A stretch of 63,790 nt of DNA, counting the filler, from Octopus bimaculoides (Eukaryota), in the NCBI RefSeq assembly GCF_001194135.2. It is 6 parts of 5 records of this genome, joined end to end, with 100 filler letters (N's around TTAATTAATTAA, not from the genome) between each part and the next. Parts side by side here need not be neighbours in the genome. Positions count along the whole stretch, not along the records: positions 35,619 to 44,183 come from NC_068982.1; positions 44,284 to 57,502 come from NC_068998.1; 4 more parts are not named here. One strand, 5' to 3'. The notes under the pieces are model-generated. The model did no database searches and was not told the origin of the DNA. It saw only the letters and a program-made list of their open reading frames with translations. Below are positions 38,930-50,994 of the stretch, in pieces. Both the position numbers and the translations under genes were made by a program. Position 1 is the stretch's first letter. Every line of letters begins with the position of its first letter.

Positions 38930-39070
38930 TGTCAGATATCGAAATGATCGCAGAGCAACGTGAAATGAAGTGCTTTGCTCAAGAACGCAACGCAACGCCC
39001 GGTCTGGGAATCGAACCCACGACCTCGATCTGGCAATCGTGAATAGAACACCTTAACCACTAATCCATGC
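38930..39070 (-). mobile_element. Decayed tRNA-SINE head related to family 2
   Basis: Minus strand GGATTAGTGGTTAAGG..GGGTTCGATTCCCAGACCGGGCGTTGC. Confidence 0.7.
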
Positions 39071-39521
39071 NNNNNNNNNNNNNNNNNNNNNNNNNNNNNN
39101 NNNNNNNNNNNNNNNNNNNNNNNNNNNNNNNNNNNNNNNNNNNNNNNNNNNNNNNNNNNNNNNNNNNNNNNNNNNNNNNNNNNNNNNNNNNNNNNNNNNN
39201 NNNNNNNNNNNNNNNNNNNNNNNNNNNNNNNNNNNNNNNNNNNNNNNNNNNNNNNNNNNNNNNNNNNNNNNNNNNNNNNNNNNNNNNNNNNNNNNNNNNN
39301 NNNNNNNNNNNNNNNNNNNNNNNNNNNNNNNNNNNNNNNNNNNNNNNNNNNNNNNNNNNNNNNNNNNNNNNNNNNNNNNNNNNNNNNNNNNNNNNNNNNN
39401 NNNNNNNNNNNNNNNNNNNNNNNNNNNNNNNNNNNNNNNNNNNNNNNNNNNNNNNNNNNNNNNNNATATATATATATATATAAATGAAAGAGACCAGTCA
39501 AAATAAAGGTCATTACATATA

Positions 39522-39740
39522 CAGTAAGCCATCGACTATCGCGGCTGGTACGTTCCAAAACACCCCGCGATAGGTGAAAATTAGCGAAGTAGAAACAGTA
39601 CTGTACTGTATATATATTTTTTATTATTTTTATAATTTGTATATATTTATTTTATTATTAATACAAAACCACGGAGGAATCGACATAGGCCTAAATAATA
39701 AACCGCGGTAGGTGAACCTTAATATGGCGAGGGATTACTG
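39522..39740. mobile_element. Complete pogo/Tigger-like MITE with TA target duplication
   Basis: TA-CAGTAAGCCATCG...CGAGGGATTACTG-TA; terminal inverted repeats; 219 bp. Confidence 0.85.
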
Positions 39741-40249
39741 TAATTCCTTTATTATAGCAAATTTTGCTTACAGATGTTTCCAGCAGTCATTATAAATAAG
39801 TTTACTCAATTAGTTTATTGATATTCTATCTATAAATGTTCTGAAATCTTTACAGCCTTGGTTTATTTTTATCTCATTCTGAAAAATTATTTTTTATATA
39901 TACACAAGCTGATATATGGCCTACGTTGGATTCCTTATTCGCATAATCACCGAACCTGGAGCTAAACTATGGTCTATCTATAGCACTTACTCAGCATTAC
40001 CCGACACCTTTGGGTCTTACTGACACCATTACCTCTTATAACCTCTCTCTCTCTCTATATATATATATATAAAGAAAGTGAGAGATAGAGGGAGAGAGAG
40101 AGATACACTCGTACACACTATCACACACACACACACGCACGCACGCACACACATACACACACATAGTTCAAATTAATAATAAAAACAAAAGACGAAGACA
40201 GGTGTGGGAAGAACAAGCAAGTGTATTAGTTTGACGTTCGGGAAAATGG

Positions 40250-40292
40250 AAGTCTTTTATGTTTCGAGCGTACGCTCTTCAACAGAAAGGAA
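40250..40292 (-). ncRNA. Decayed minimal hammerhead-like motif (non-autonomous Penelope/retrozyme-type remnant)
   Basis: Minus strand CTTT-CTGTTGA-A-GAGCG-TA-CGCTC-GAAA-CAT-A-AAAG. The core A6 and the stem III C-G pair are mutated. Confidence 0.45.
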
Positions 40293-40385
40293 GGAATAAT
40301 CGGAAATAGAGATGAAAAAGAGAAAAAACGTTTAGGGTTCAGCGGTCCAATATGGTGAATACATATATATCTGTATGTATGTATG

Positions 40386-40420
<35 letters not shown>

Positions 40421-40699
40421 GTATATGTATGTATGTATGTATTTATGTGTGTGTATGTGTGTATGCGTGCGTGTGCACTTGCATGTATACAATCGATTAC
40501 ACATGAGCACATATCCATATATTTGCCCTATGGAATCCATACATATTTATCCACATATACATATACATAAAGCACTTGTACACGCTGATACACATATACC
40601 TTTTCCCACGCCCACATACATAAATATACAGCCTTTCTCTATACACACATCTCTGTCTGTCTGTCGGTCTGTCTTGCTGTCTGTATATCGGTCAATTGA

Positions 40700-40780
<81 letters not shown>

Positions 40781-40997
40781 ATATATATATGATGTGCGTA
40801 TGCATATACATTTATATGAATATATTTATGTGATACATGCATGTTAATATCTATGTGTGTGTTTGTGTATGAATATGTATGTGTGTGTTTGCAAAAGCTC
40901 AGATAACTGCATATATATACTCGCTTACAAATGGACACCTGAATGCGTTTTCAAACTGAAACACGCGCATATTTATCCACGCACACACACACAACAC

Positions 40998-41044
<47 letters not shown>

Positions 41045-44000
41045 TACACTGAAACGTATTCATAGCTTCTGTACACATTTACTAACACATAAACAGATGG
41101 ACACCATGTACCTTATATTCTCCACAACAATATCTATTTATGAAAAAAAAAAAAAGGTATTGTATTGTATTTNNNNNNNNNNNNNNNNNNNNNNNNNNNN
41201 NNNNNNNNNNNNNNNNNNNNNNNNNNNNNNNNNNNNNNNNNNNNNNNNNNNNNNNNNNNNNNNNNNNNNNNNNNNNNNNNNNNNNNNNNNNNNNNNNNNN
41301 NNNNNNNNNNNNNNNNNNNNNNNNNNNNNNNNNNNNNNNNNNNNNNNNNNNNNNNNNNNNNNNNNNNNNNNNNNNNNNNNNNNNNNNNNNNNNNNNNNNN
41401 NNNNNNNATATATATATATATATGTAGAGAGAGAGAGAGAGAGACAGAGAGAGAGGGAGAGATATAAAGATATAGATATATATATATATAAATGAATACA
41501 AAAATATATGGTGGAGATCAGTAAACAGATATATAACTTGATATATAGAAGTAAATGAAATAATTTTCCAAACTTAACGGAAACAATAACATTTAAAATA
41601 TTTCATTAAAAAATTATAGTAATAACAACAACAGCAACAGCATTTGTGATCAATAATGGTTCAATAAATAGAAAGGGCGTTTATATAGTAGCAGGACCTG
41701 TTTCCTATAGCAGGGAAATTCTTCTGCATGAAAATAAGTTTAATTTGAGAATCCTTATTCGTTTCATTATTGTGACCTACTTAAGTAACAAAGTACATTC
41801 CTATGTACAACAACAACAACAGCAACAACTACCATTACTAGTAGTTGTTGCTGTTGTTGTAAGTGCTTTGTCCTACATCATGTCTGATCGGGAAGACCAA
41901 TGATGAAATGTGCTCCAGTCGTGATTATCCCGTCTGATTTAAGTATAATGTGATTTGGTATCAAATCGTTGTGACTCGAGAGGGATCCCGTAGAAATCTC
42001 ATCTATGGAGCATGCATTTGTATATAGTACGTAGCAATATCTGTTCAATACATGAAACAAATTTGATTTGATAAACTCACCAATATTTTTAAATGATGCG
42101 CACATGAAAAAGAAAATGTAGTGAACTCTGTAGTTCCACAAACTACTCAATGTAGTAGCTGTCTCCCATTTCAATACATTTGTTATTGTCGTTGTTGCTT
42201 CTCATTAAATGATCAGAATCAGATGTGGTTGTCACACGTGCCATAGAAACCGGGAAACCGGGCCCATGAGCTTGGCTAGGCTTTGAAAGGGCGAAAAGAA
42301 AAAATAACTCATGTACGTTTTCTTATTCAATTTTCGTCCGTTTTCCGGTTACGTGATGGGTAAGCAAACGACCCTATGTTACAGATGTTGAGCACTTACG
42401 CGCAACATTTTTAAAATTGTAATTTTTATAGGAAAATTGTTATTTTTAAAATAAGTTTGAATTCTTTCTGCGTAGATTATTTCAAACGTAATCATCCTTT
42501 ATTTTTGAAATAATATGGTTGGGTTACTTAGAAGCTTAGTAACTGCTTCAAGGATGCATAGGGTTAAAAGCACTGAATAGCATGCCAATAAATACATTGC
42601 TAATATAAATCTTGACAAAATACACGTGCTTTGCTTATGTGTTACATATACTGAGAAACTGTACAGTGAGGCCAAATTTAATGAGGTGGGGGAGGTCATG
42701 CCAGTACAAATTTAAGAGAAATTCCCGAAAGAAATTTAAGCATATTACCCTGTATTTGTCATCATTGTTTTAAATGTTAAGTCATATAACTATATCAAAT
42801 ATAAAATTATTTCCTGTACTTTTCCTTTGGCGTGCTGCGACATGATGTAAAAAAGTACAGAAAAAAAAGTGACACTTTTAGTTTACACCACTGTTTTATA
42901 ACTGTGTTTTATAACTCTGTTTCATTTGATCTCTTGTATCATTACTGGCGACCAGTTTCCCAAGGGAAATCACCCTTGTAGAAACATCAAAATATTAGAT
43001 ATCTGCTTAAGCATTATGTAGTAATTAAGGTGACTAAGTTAGCTTTTTGTGATATCTGAAGTTACATTTCTCACACTCGTAGATATTGTACAGAATATTA
43101 ATCTTTTAATTCGTCTCGTATAAACTTTTAGAATCAGACTAACTTGTAATCTTGTTTTTTGTTTAAATTATTATGAGCACTTTAAACTGGTAATTCTTAA
43201 TACTGTCGAAACTTTAATATATAACGAAAAGTCTTTAAAGTTAGAACTGTTTACCATGGAAAACAAAATTTGTTTTCATTAAAGAATATGTGTAAATAGT
43301 ATATAAGTTAATAATTTGGTGTCAAACTATACACGTTCAGAAGTTAGAGTTCCAGAAATGAAACATGCAGGACTAAATGGTTTTCAGTATTTAGATTTAT
43401 TCATCGAGATCACAGTTTCATATTTCTCTATAACTTTCATAAATCTTTATTCATTCATGAACTGGGTTCATTCTCAAAATATTGTGGCCATATGCCAATG
43501 GTTGTAGCGAAATACAAATGTCTAAATGCCACGAGTCAATGTTTGGTTTAATTAGCAATTCACGAAAGATCATCGTCGACGTGGTTGTGGTCGTCGCCAT
43601 AATGTAAATCCCTTTTGTTAGTTGATCAGTAATTCCGAAACATCGCTGCTCCTCTTGGTTTACTTTAATGACGCAGAGAAACGGAAATCTATGAATGGAG
43701 TACGACATTATGATTGTTATATATTCTGCATGCGAAGAATTAATGAGATACTTTCTCACTAATTGTATACTGATTGTCACAAGAGATTCGGTGGAGCAAC
43801 ACCGGAAAAGAAATACACATACACAAACATAAATAAAAAAAAAGGCAGAAAGAGAAAAAAAAAACGTTTGATTTGAGACAAAAATAATGAAGAGAAATAA
43901 TCAGTATGATGAAGAAATATATATCAGCTCATCATTAATTGGATTATAAAAAAAACATCAATGCCAACACTGACAAAATACAAACGAACACACACACACA

Positions 44001-44132
44001 CGTATACATATGTAGGTATGGTATGATTATGTGTATTTAATTCTGTGTTTGTATATTTATATACGCATACACATGTTGATATACATGTATATACGTTCAT
44101 ACATACATACATATACATATATACATATACAT

Positions 44133-44183
<51 letters not shown>

Positions 44184-44399
44184 NNNNNNNNNNNNNNNNN
44201 NNNNNNNNNNNNNNNNNNNNNNNNNNNTTAATTAATTAANNNNNNNNNNNNNNNNNNNNNNNNNNNNNNNNNNNNNNNNNNNNAAAATAAATACAAAGTG
44301 GGGTAATTGTACATACCACATGTTATGTGGCGGTTAACTAGTGAGTATGTTGGTAGGTAAAAAAAGTAACTAAAATTAATAAAAAGGATGAAATTAATG

Positions 44400-46000
44400 A
44401 AACAAGCTGAAAGTGTGTTTCCTCCAATGCTAGCATCTGTATGCTCTCTGTGTTATCTGGTTCACTAAATTATTCTTGGAGAACAGAATTACAGAGAGGA
44501 CAAAAAACTTTACCCTTGTCGTAGGGTATTGAGGTAGCCAGTATTGACCATTCTAAAGAGAATTGCTTATTGCAGTCCTCAAGTTTCCAGATTAACTTAC
44601 TAAGACCGGTACTATTATATTTATTCCTATCCCTAAAAGTTGAGTAATGGTTAGAGATTCTCCTAGAGACCTGCGAAGAAGAACAACCTATGTAATGCAA
44701 GACCTCTGTGCTAGCTGTTACCTTACATTGATAAACCACATTTTTGGTCTTAGCATTCACAATCATAAACTTGATTCTATTACAATTAGATTCCGAGATA
44801 CTAATCTTATTGTTGTAAGAGGTATTGTTATATTTACTAATGTTGTGCTTATTACCTATATTTTTATCTAAATAACTATTGCTACCATAGGAGTGTGTTG
44901 TATTACTGGAGTAATTGTTATTATTGTTGTTATTATTATTATCATTACTATTATTATCATAATTGGTATGGCTGTCTTGATGTGAATCTAAAAGTCTAAA
45001 ATTATGGGAAGAAATTCATCATCATCATCATCATCGTTTAACGTCTGCTTTCCATGCTAGCATGGGTGTCATATATTTTTTGTATTAGAAAACCCAAATC
45101 TAACCTTGTGTGTGTTGATGATTGGGTAATAGTGAGAACCCCTAGGAAAGTTCCTATTCACCGCGTCATGGAACTGCAAAACCAAATTAGATTTAATTTG
45201 TTTCCCAAATGGGACGATGAACCAGATGTTGTCATCAGATTTAGGTGCAGTATTGGTATTGCTAAAGAATTTAAGTTTTTTGTTTTTATTAAGGTGTTTA
45301 GAGTCGGTTAAGCCTCCTCTTTTATGTGAACGATTATAAGTAAGTACCTCTTTCTCAGTAAAGTGAGAAGAAGGGGAAGAAATAGAATTGAATTTATCCC
45401 TGCTAGTAGTACTAATATCTTGCTGTACAAATGTTGAAAGATCACTAAATGAATTGATGTATCTTACTTTGTCTTTGTAACCTGCCTTTAGTAAGGCTGA
45501 ATTATAAAAGTCAGCCTCTTTATTGAAAATGTGGGAGTTAGAGGAAAGTTTAGACAGTCTAAGTGAAATACTGTTAACTAAATTACTGGTGATTGACCTT
45601 GGGTGGTTACTAAAAGGGCTTATGTACCTAAGCCTAAAGTTACATCTAGGAAGTTGGCTACGGAGACCTCATCCTCAAACACGATGCCAAAACCCATTCT
45701 CCGGAAGAATCTAGCTAATCTATTTTTAACCTTTTGGAGGTATAGCAGACAATCATCTCTGTATAGACATGTATAGGAATTAAAGGAATTTATTGATTAT
45801 ATGCGTTTTGCTCCATTTATTATTATTCTTTTATATCAACTCAAAATTCATCACTTTAACATGGAATTTCTACCCCTTAACCAGGTACAATATACCAGTT
45901 TCTGTGAGATTTTTGCTACCCTGGTAACTATTAACATATTTGCATTATCAAAGTTTTTCAACCAAGATAATATTAATATATACATAAATAAAAATATTGT
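44400..46000 (-). mobile_element. Decayed Naiad-like Penelope element: RT, thumb, linker and GIY-YIG
   Basis: CLYRDDCL, NFLDVTL, YISPFSNHPRSI..ISLRLSKLSS..FYNSALLKAGY, NIWFIVPF, then ORF 44470-44766 NVVYQC..HYIGCSS..STGLSKLIWKLED..WSIL..CPLC. Confidence 0.88.
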
Positions 46001-46339
46001 TAGTCTGTACTATATGGTATTTTGTTTATTCTATTACAATTGTTTCTGAAAACAACAACAATGGTTTTTAAATTTTGGCATGAAGCCAGTCAATAATGGT
46101 CTTTCAATTTTGGCATGAAGCCAGTCACTTCAGGGAAGGGGACAAATTGATTACAAGTACATGTGTGTGTGTGTTTAGGCACATAACTGTATGTGCATAT
46201 GTGAGAGTGAGTGTATTTGTGTATAAGTGTGAGTTTATGCACATGTATATGTGTGTGTGTGTGTGTGTATACATTGAAGCGTTGTAAATGTATCGACTGC
46301 TTTTTCCAGTAGACATTGGTGCTTTGTTGTACCACTACG

Positions 46340-46379
<40 letters not shown>

Positions 46380-46381
<2 letters not shown>

Positions 46382-47000
46382 GGGCCCTACACATAGCAGT
46401 GATGCAGCACTTAGACAAATTACTGAAGCTACACACATAATAGAAGGGAAACCTAGCCTGAATAGGAAACTAGAATGGAACACTAACATACGCCACTAAC
46501 AAACCACAGCATGTGACAACATGTTACCCATAAACCAATAATAGGAACAAAGTATAATACAATACATAGATAAACAAATGGAATTAAATACTACATACGT
46601 TAANNNNNNNNNNNNNNNNNNNNNNNNNNNNNNNNNNNNNNNNNNNNNNNNNNNNNNNNNNNNNNNNNNNNNNNNNNNNNNNNNNNNNNNNNNNNNNNNN
46701 NNNNNNNNNNNNNNNNNNNNNNNNNNNNNNNNNNNNNNNNNNNNNNNNNNNNNNNNNNNNNNNNNNNNNNNNNNNNNNNNNNNNNNNNNNNNNNNNNNNN
46801 NNNNNNNNNNNNNNNNNNNNNNNNNNNNNNNNNNNNNNNNNNNNNNNNNNNNNNNNNNNNNNNNNNNNNNNNNNNNNNNNNNNNNNAAATACAAAATGGC
46901 TGATAGTTAGCAAGGTGAGACACACATAAGAAAGAAGGAAACAAAGGACCACTGATGAGGTCACAGAAGTGTGACGAAAGAACTCTGGCCGAAATAAGAT
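46380..47000 (+). mobile_element. Penelope-like element 3' end: GIY-YIG C-terminus, gap, pseudo-LTR with hammerhead
   Basis: DAALRQITEATHIIEGKPSLNRKLEW (46405-46480) fits the EAxxI..PxLN endonuclease end. Confidence 0.6.
46946..46990 (+). ncRNA. Minimal type I hammerhead ribozyme motif
   Basis: GGACCA-CTGATGA(46952-46958)-G-GTCACA-GAAG-TGTGAC-GAAA(46976-46979)-G-AA-C-TC-TGGCC. All core nucleotides are present, and predicted cleavage is after C46985. Confidence 0.78.
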
Positions 47001-47401
47001 TAAGATTAAGATTAATGTAATATAAAGCTGAAAAAAAAAAAAAATTAACACCAAATATACAGTGCGTGTGTTTTTATTGGCTAAACTGGCAATATGACCA
47101 TCCCCAAGTACAACAACAAAATATATATATATATATATATACACAAATAGGTGTCTATGTATGTTTATGTGTGTGAGTGTATTCTTATCTGCTTCAACTA
47201 AGCCCTTGACAACATACCTCTGTAACTAGCCATGACCAGCAAATGCCATGCCAACCCCTTTCCTCATCTACTACTTTAGGCTTTTATTTTATTGTGTTTT
47301 ATAGCTCTCAATACATACCACACTCAATATTCTCTTATGTCTATCATTCCTGTATCACTGTATTTCTTGCACATATAGTGCATATACTTTCGCAAACATT
47401 C

Positions 47402-47715
47402 TTTCACTTGTTTCAGTCATTTAACTGCAGCCATTAGTCAAACAAATCGACCTCAGGGCTTATTCTTTATAAACCTAGTACTTATTTTGTTGGTCTCTTT
47501 TGCCGAACTACTAAGTTACTGGGATGTAAACATACCAGCATCAATTGTCAAGTGAACAAATAGACACACATACACAAATGCGTACACACACACACACACA
47601 CATACGATGGGCTTCTTTTCCTTTTCCACTCACAAGCCCTAGGCTATAGTAGAAGACATTTGCCCAAGGTGTCACACAATGGGAGTGAACCCAGGACCAT
47701 GTTGTTGGGAAGCAA
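47402..47715 (-). mobile_element. CpG-decayed family 1 SINE
   Basis: Aligns to 10160-10577 with many CG>TG/CA changes. Confidence 0.85.
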
Positions 47716-47799
47716 GTTGTGTGTATGTGTGCGTGTATAAATATAATCATCATCATCATCATGTCATCCACAGACAAAACTATAGCATCCTTCACTCTC

Positions 47800-48700
47800 A
47801 GCTTCCAACTGTCTTAGTCCCTTGTCAAGATTTTGATTTCAGAACCAGAGTTAATATCAATATCCACTCTGAGCATTTTTGGAAAGATCTTCATCACTTC
47901 TCCTCTGCATAATTTATCTCCAGATGATGACCAAAATAAAGGTTAGAAACAGGTCATTCTCCTGTTCTGTGGCAATGGCCAGCAAAGTGTAATCTCTGCT
48001 GAATAGCGTCTGACAATTGTGGCATGTCTTGGTATAGCTCTCTGTTAGTTATATGATCTCTCTCCAGCTGATGTTAAAAATTCTTCTCAAAAGCTACTTT
48101 TATTTCTAGGTTTCATGTTATAGTCTAAATTTCTGAGGTGTATAACAGAATACTTTCTATACATGCCCTGAAAAATCTATGTTTCAGCTTTCTGTCCATG
48201 TTAGACTTCTATATTTTGTTTATACCAGTCCTTTCTTTACATTAAAATAATACTTGCTTTCTGGAATATAGCTGCATAAATATTTAAATTGCTCTACCCA
48301 TTTAATGATTTGACCAGTTAAAGATTTTATTTGATAGTCACCTGTTACAATTTCTATTTTGCAAGCATTAAAATGTAAACCAACTAGATTTGTTGCATGT
48401 TCAACACAATAAAACAAATTTTCAGTTAAATGCAATATGATGTCATCAGCATAAGCCAAATTGTTTAATTGTATCTCTGGATACCATGTCCCCTTCCTAG
48501 GTTCTATAACAATTCCACAATCACTATCAGACATTTTAAATGCTTCTTTCAATGAATACGCCAAAACAATAATGAAAAAAATTGTATCACCTTGAAATAC
48601 ACCAGCTAAAATACTGAAAAGAGATTTCGCCATCTGGACTTCTGTTTCGGAGATTAGTTTAATTGCATTTACTTTTAAAGGTGGTATGCCATATTTTTCA
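47800..48700 (-). mobile_element. Decayed RTE-group LINE RT and C-terminus
   Basis: GVFQGDT..FIIVL..LAYADDI..FKYL(C)S (ORF 48220-48633); SNRELY..RLHFAGHC. Confidence 0.85.
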
Positions 48701-49337
48701 AGAATTTAGAATATTCTTTCTCTATGTATAAAATCAAATGCTCCAGTCTTCGAAACATTTTAACACTGAAGAGAAGTATTGAATGTTTGCAAGACAAAAA
48801 TTTTCAATTAGCTAGTTATTAATTTTTTGCACATACATATAAATATATATATATATACAGGTATACTGAGAATGATTTTGATCAATTCAACCCACCAATA
48901 GAGATATTCTAGCAGGACTATGGTTCAATAACTGATTCAAAAGAATATAGAAATTTCATCAGTGAAGTCTGATTGTATTTCTGTGCTTATATATGCAGGT
49001 AATTATATCAGTTGCCTAAGCATGCAAGTCTTCCCTATCCATACCACCAATGCTGCCCAAAGGAAAGGCTATTTCTTCAGGGTCAGTACATACAGGTGCC
49101 AGTATCTTCACTGGCATTGTTGTCAAAATGCAAAGAGAACGGATATTGCAAGGCAGTGTTCTGGATGGGTACTTTTGTTTTTTTGTTACCAGGGGGAAGA
49201 TAGGCAAAGTTAACCTTGGTTAGAATTGAACACAGAATACAGGGAGTCAGAACAAATATATCATAAAGAATAAAAGTACACGGTGTGTGTGTGTGAGAGA
49301 GAGAGAAAAATAGTTGCGTAAAGCAGTGGTGGAAAAC

Positions 49338-49629
49338 TTTAGGTCAGTTCAAATATGCCTAGGACATATTTAATCTTATGAAGCCTTTTTCACTGCAGCT
49401 TATCCAAAATAAATTCTCACTTTGGTAAGAAAAAAAAAAAAGTGTTGTGGATGCATTTCTAGCTTGTTAGCTGTCTTTGGAATCATATACTCAGAGATGT
49501 GTTCTTGGGCTGACAATGGTGTTTTAGACCTTTTTACCTATAGCAAGAATTTCTTTTCCATAATAAACAGTAATGAAAAAGCCCTTACATACTGAAATAT
49601 GTCCCAAACATATTTTGAACTGACCTAAA
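49338..49629. mobile_element. Small MITE-like element with about 34-bp inverted ends
   Basis: TTTAGGTCAGTTCAAATATGCCTAGGACATATTT (49338-49371) versus the reverse complement of 49595-49629. Confidence 0.6.
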
Positions 49630-50994
49630 GACTACTTTGTGCAACTACTTACATATTTGTTCTGGTCTGGCAACTTATGCATATAACTTAGTAAATAATA
49701 TTTATTGATTTTTTTTATAAAGCTAAAACTTTATAGTTAGCTCAGTGCTGCCTCTCTTGGTTTATTGTACTGATGACAGCTTACAAACTAGAAATGCATC
49801 TACTGCTCTAAAAGTGCATTCTAAACTGACAACAGTGTTCTTAACCTTTTAACCTCAAGAGAGTCTCTTCTCCAAAGTAATGCTCTGTGAAAAAGTCTTT
49901 ACAAGTTGAAATATGTTCCAAGCATATTTGAAATAACCCAAAATTTTATATATGTACTAACTGAGTATCCTGTTCTTGTCAGGTATTTTCACAATAGAAT
50001 GCCTTAGCAGACTTTTGGAATAGCATGCCCACATAAGTTGGATTTTCTCTTTTTTGATAGGGATTTTTCAAATTTATTTCCCACTACACCCTTGCAAATG
50101 ATGGAAGCCTTTTATGAAAAAAGATTTTTGAAAATTTATGAATCCCCACCCCAAATTCCAGACTGACTTTGTTCATCTTTTATCATTATTATTATTATTA
50201 TTTGCATTATGCACTTACAGAAAATGGAAGGCACCTTTTCAGTAAAAATGCAAAATTTTTTTGAAAATTTATGAATTTTATCAACTCTTTCTCTCCCACT
50301 CAGTACCGATTTTGACCATTCTTTTGTCAAAAGTGTACTCCTATAAGTGCACTATGCACTTATAGGAGAAGCCTTGAAGGCTTAAAAAAGGAAATAATTT
50401 TGACAATGGTAATCACCATCACAATCTCCACTTACTGTTTTTTTTAAAGAAAAAATGAAATGTAATTTAAAAACAATAGTGAAATTTTTTTTTCAATTTT
50501 TTCATTAACCCCCACCTCTTCATAAATTCCAAATTTTTTATTCAATCATAGTTTTAAAATACAGACAGTCTGAATCTGCAATCTGTTTCTGGTTATAAAT
50601 TCAAAATAATGTGTGCGATTTAAGCGAGATTTAGCTGTTGTTTCTAGCATATCCACAAGCATCTCCTACCTTACTTGTTTCTTTGTCACTCTGACATCTA
50701 TTAATGTTTCTCAATATTTTTCTCCACATAAACACATTTTCTGGAATGATGATGCAGTGGTCTATTGCTGGTATGTAAGTAACAACAAATAAAATATTTG
50801 TAATTCAAATTTTTAAACTGCCACTCCACGTCAAGTGCGTGCGTGCGTGGTTTAAAGTTTGATCATTTTTAGCCAGTCAGAAAACCAGATTTGTGCATAA
50901 TACCATCATTTCACATCCACTCTTCATGCTGGTATGGGTTAGACAGTTTGGCTGGAGCTGATGAGATGGAGAGATGCACCAGGTTCCAGCTTGA

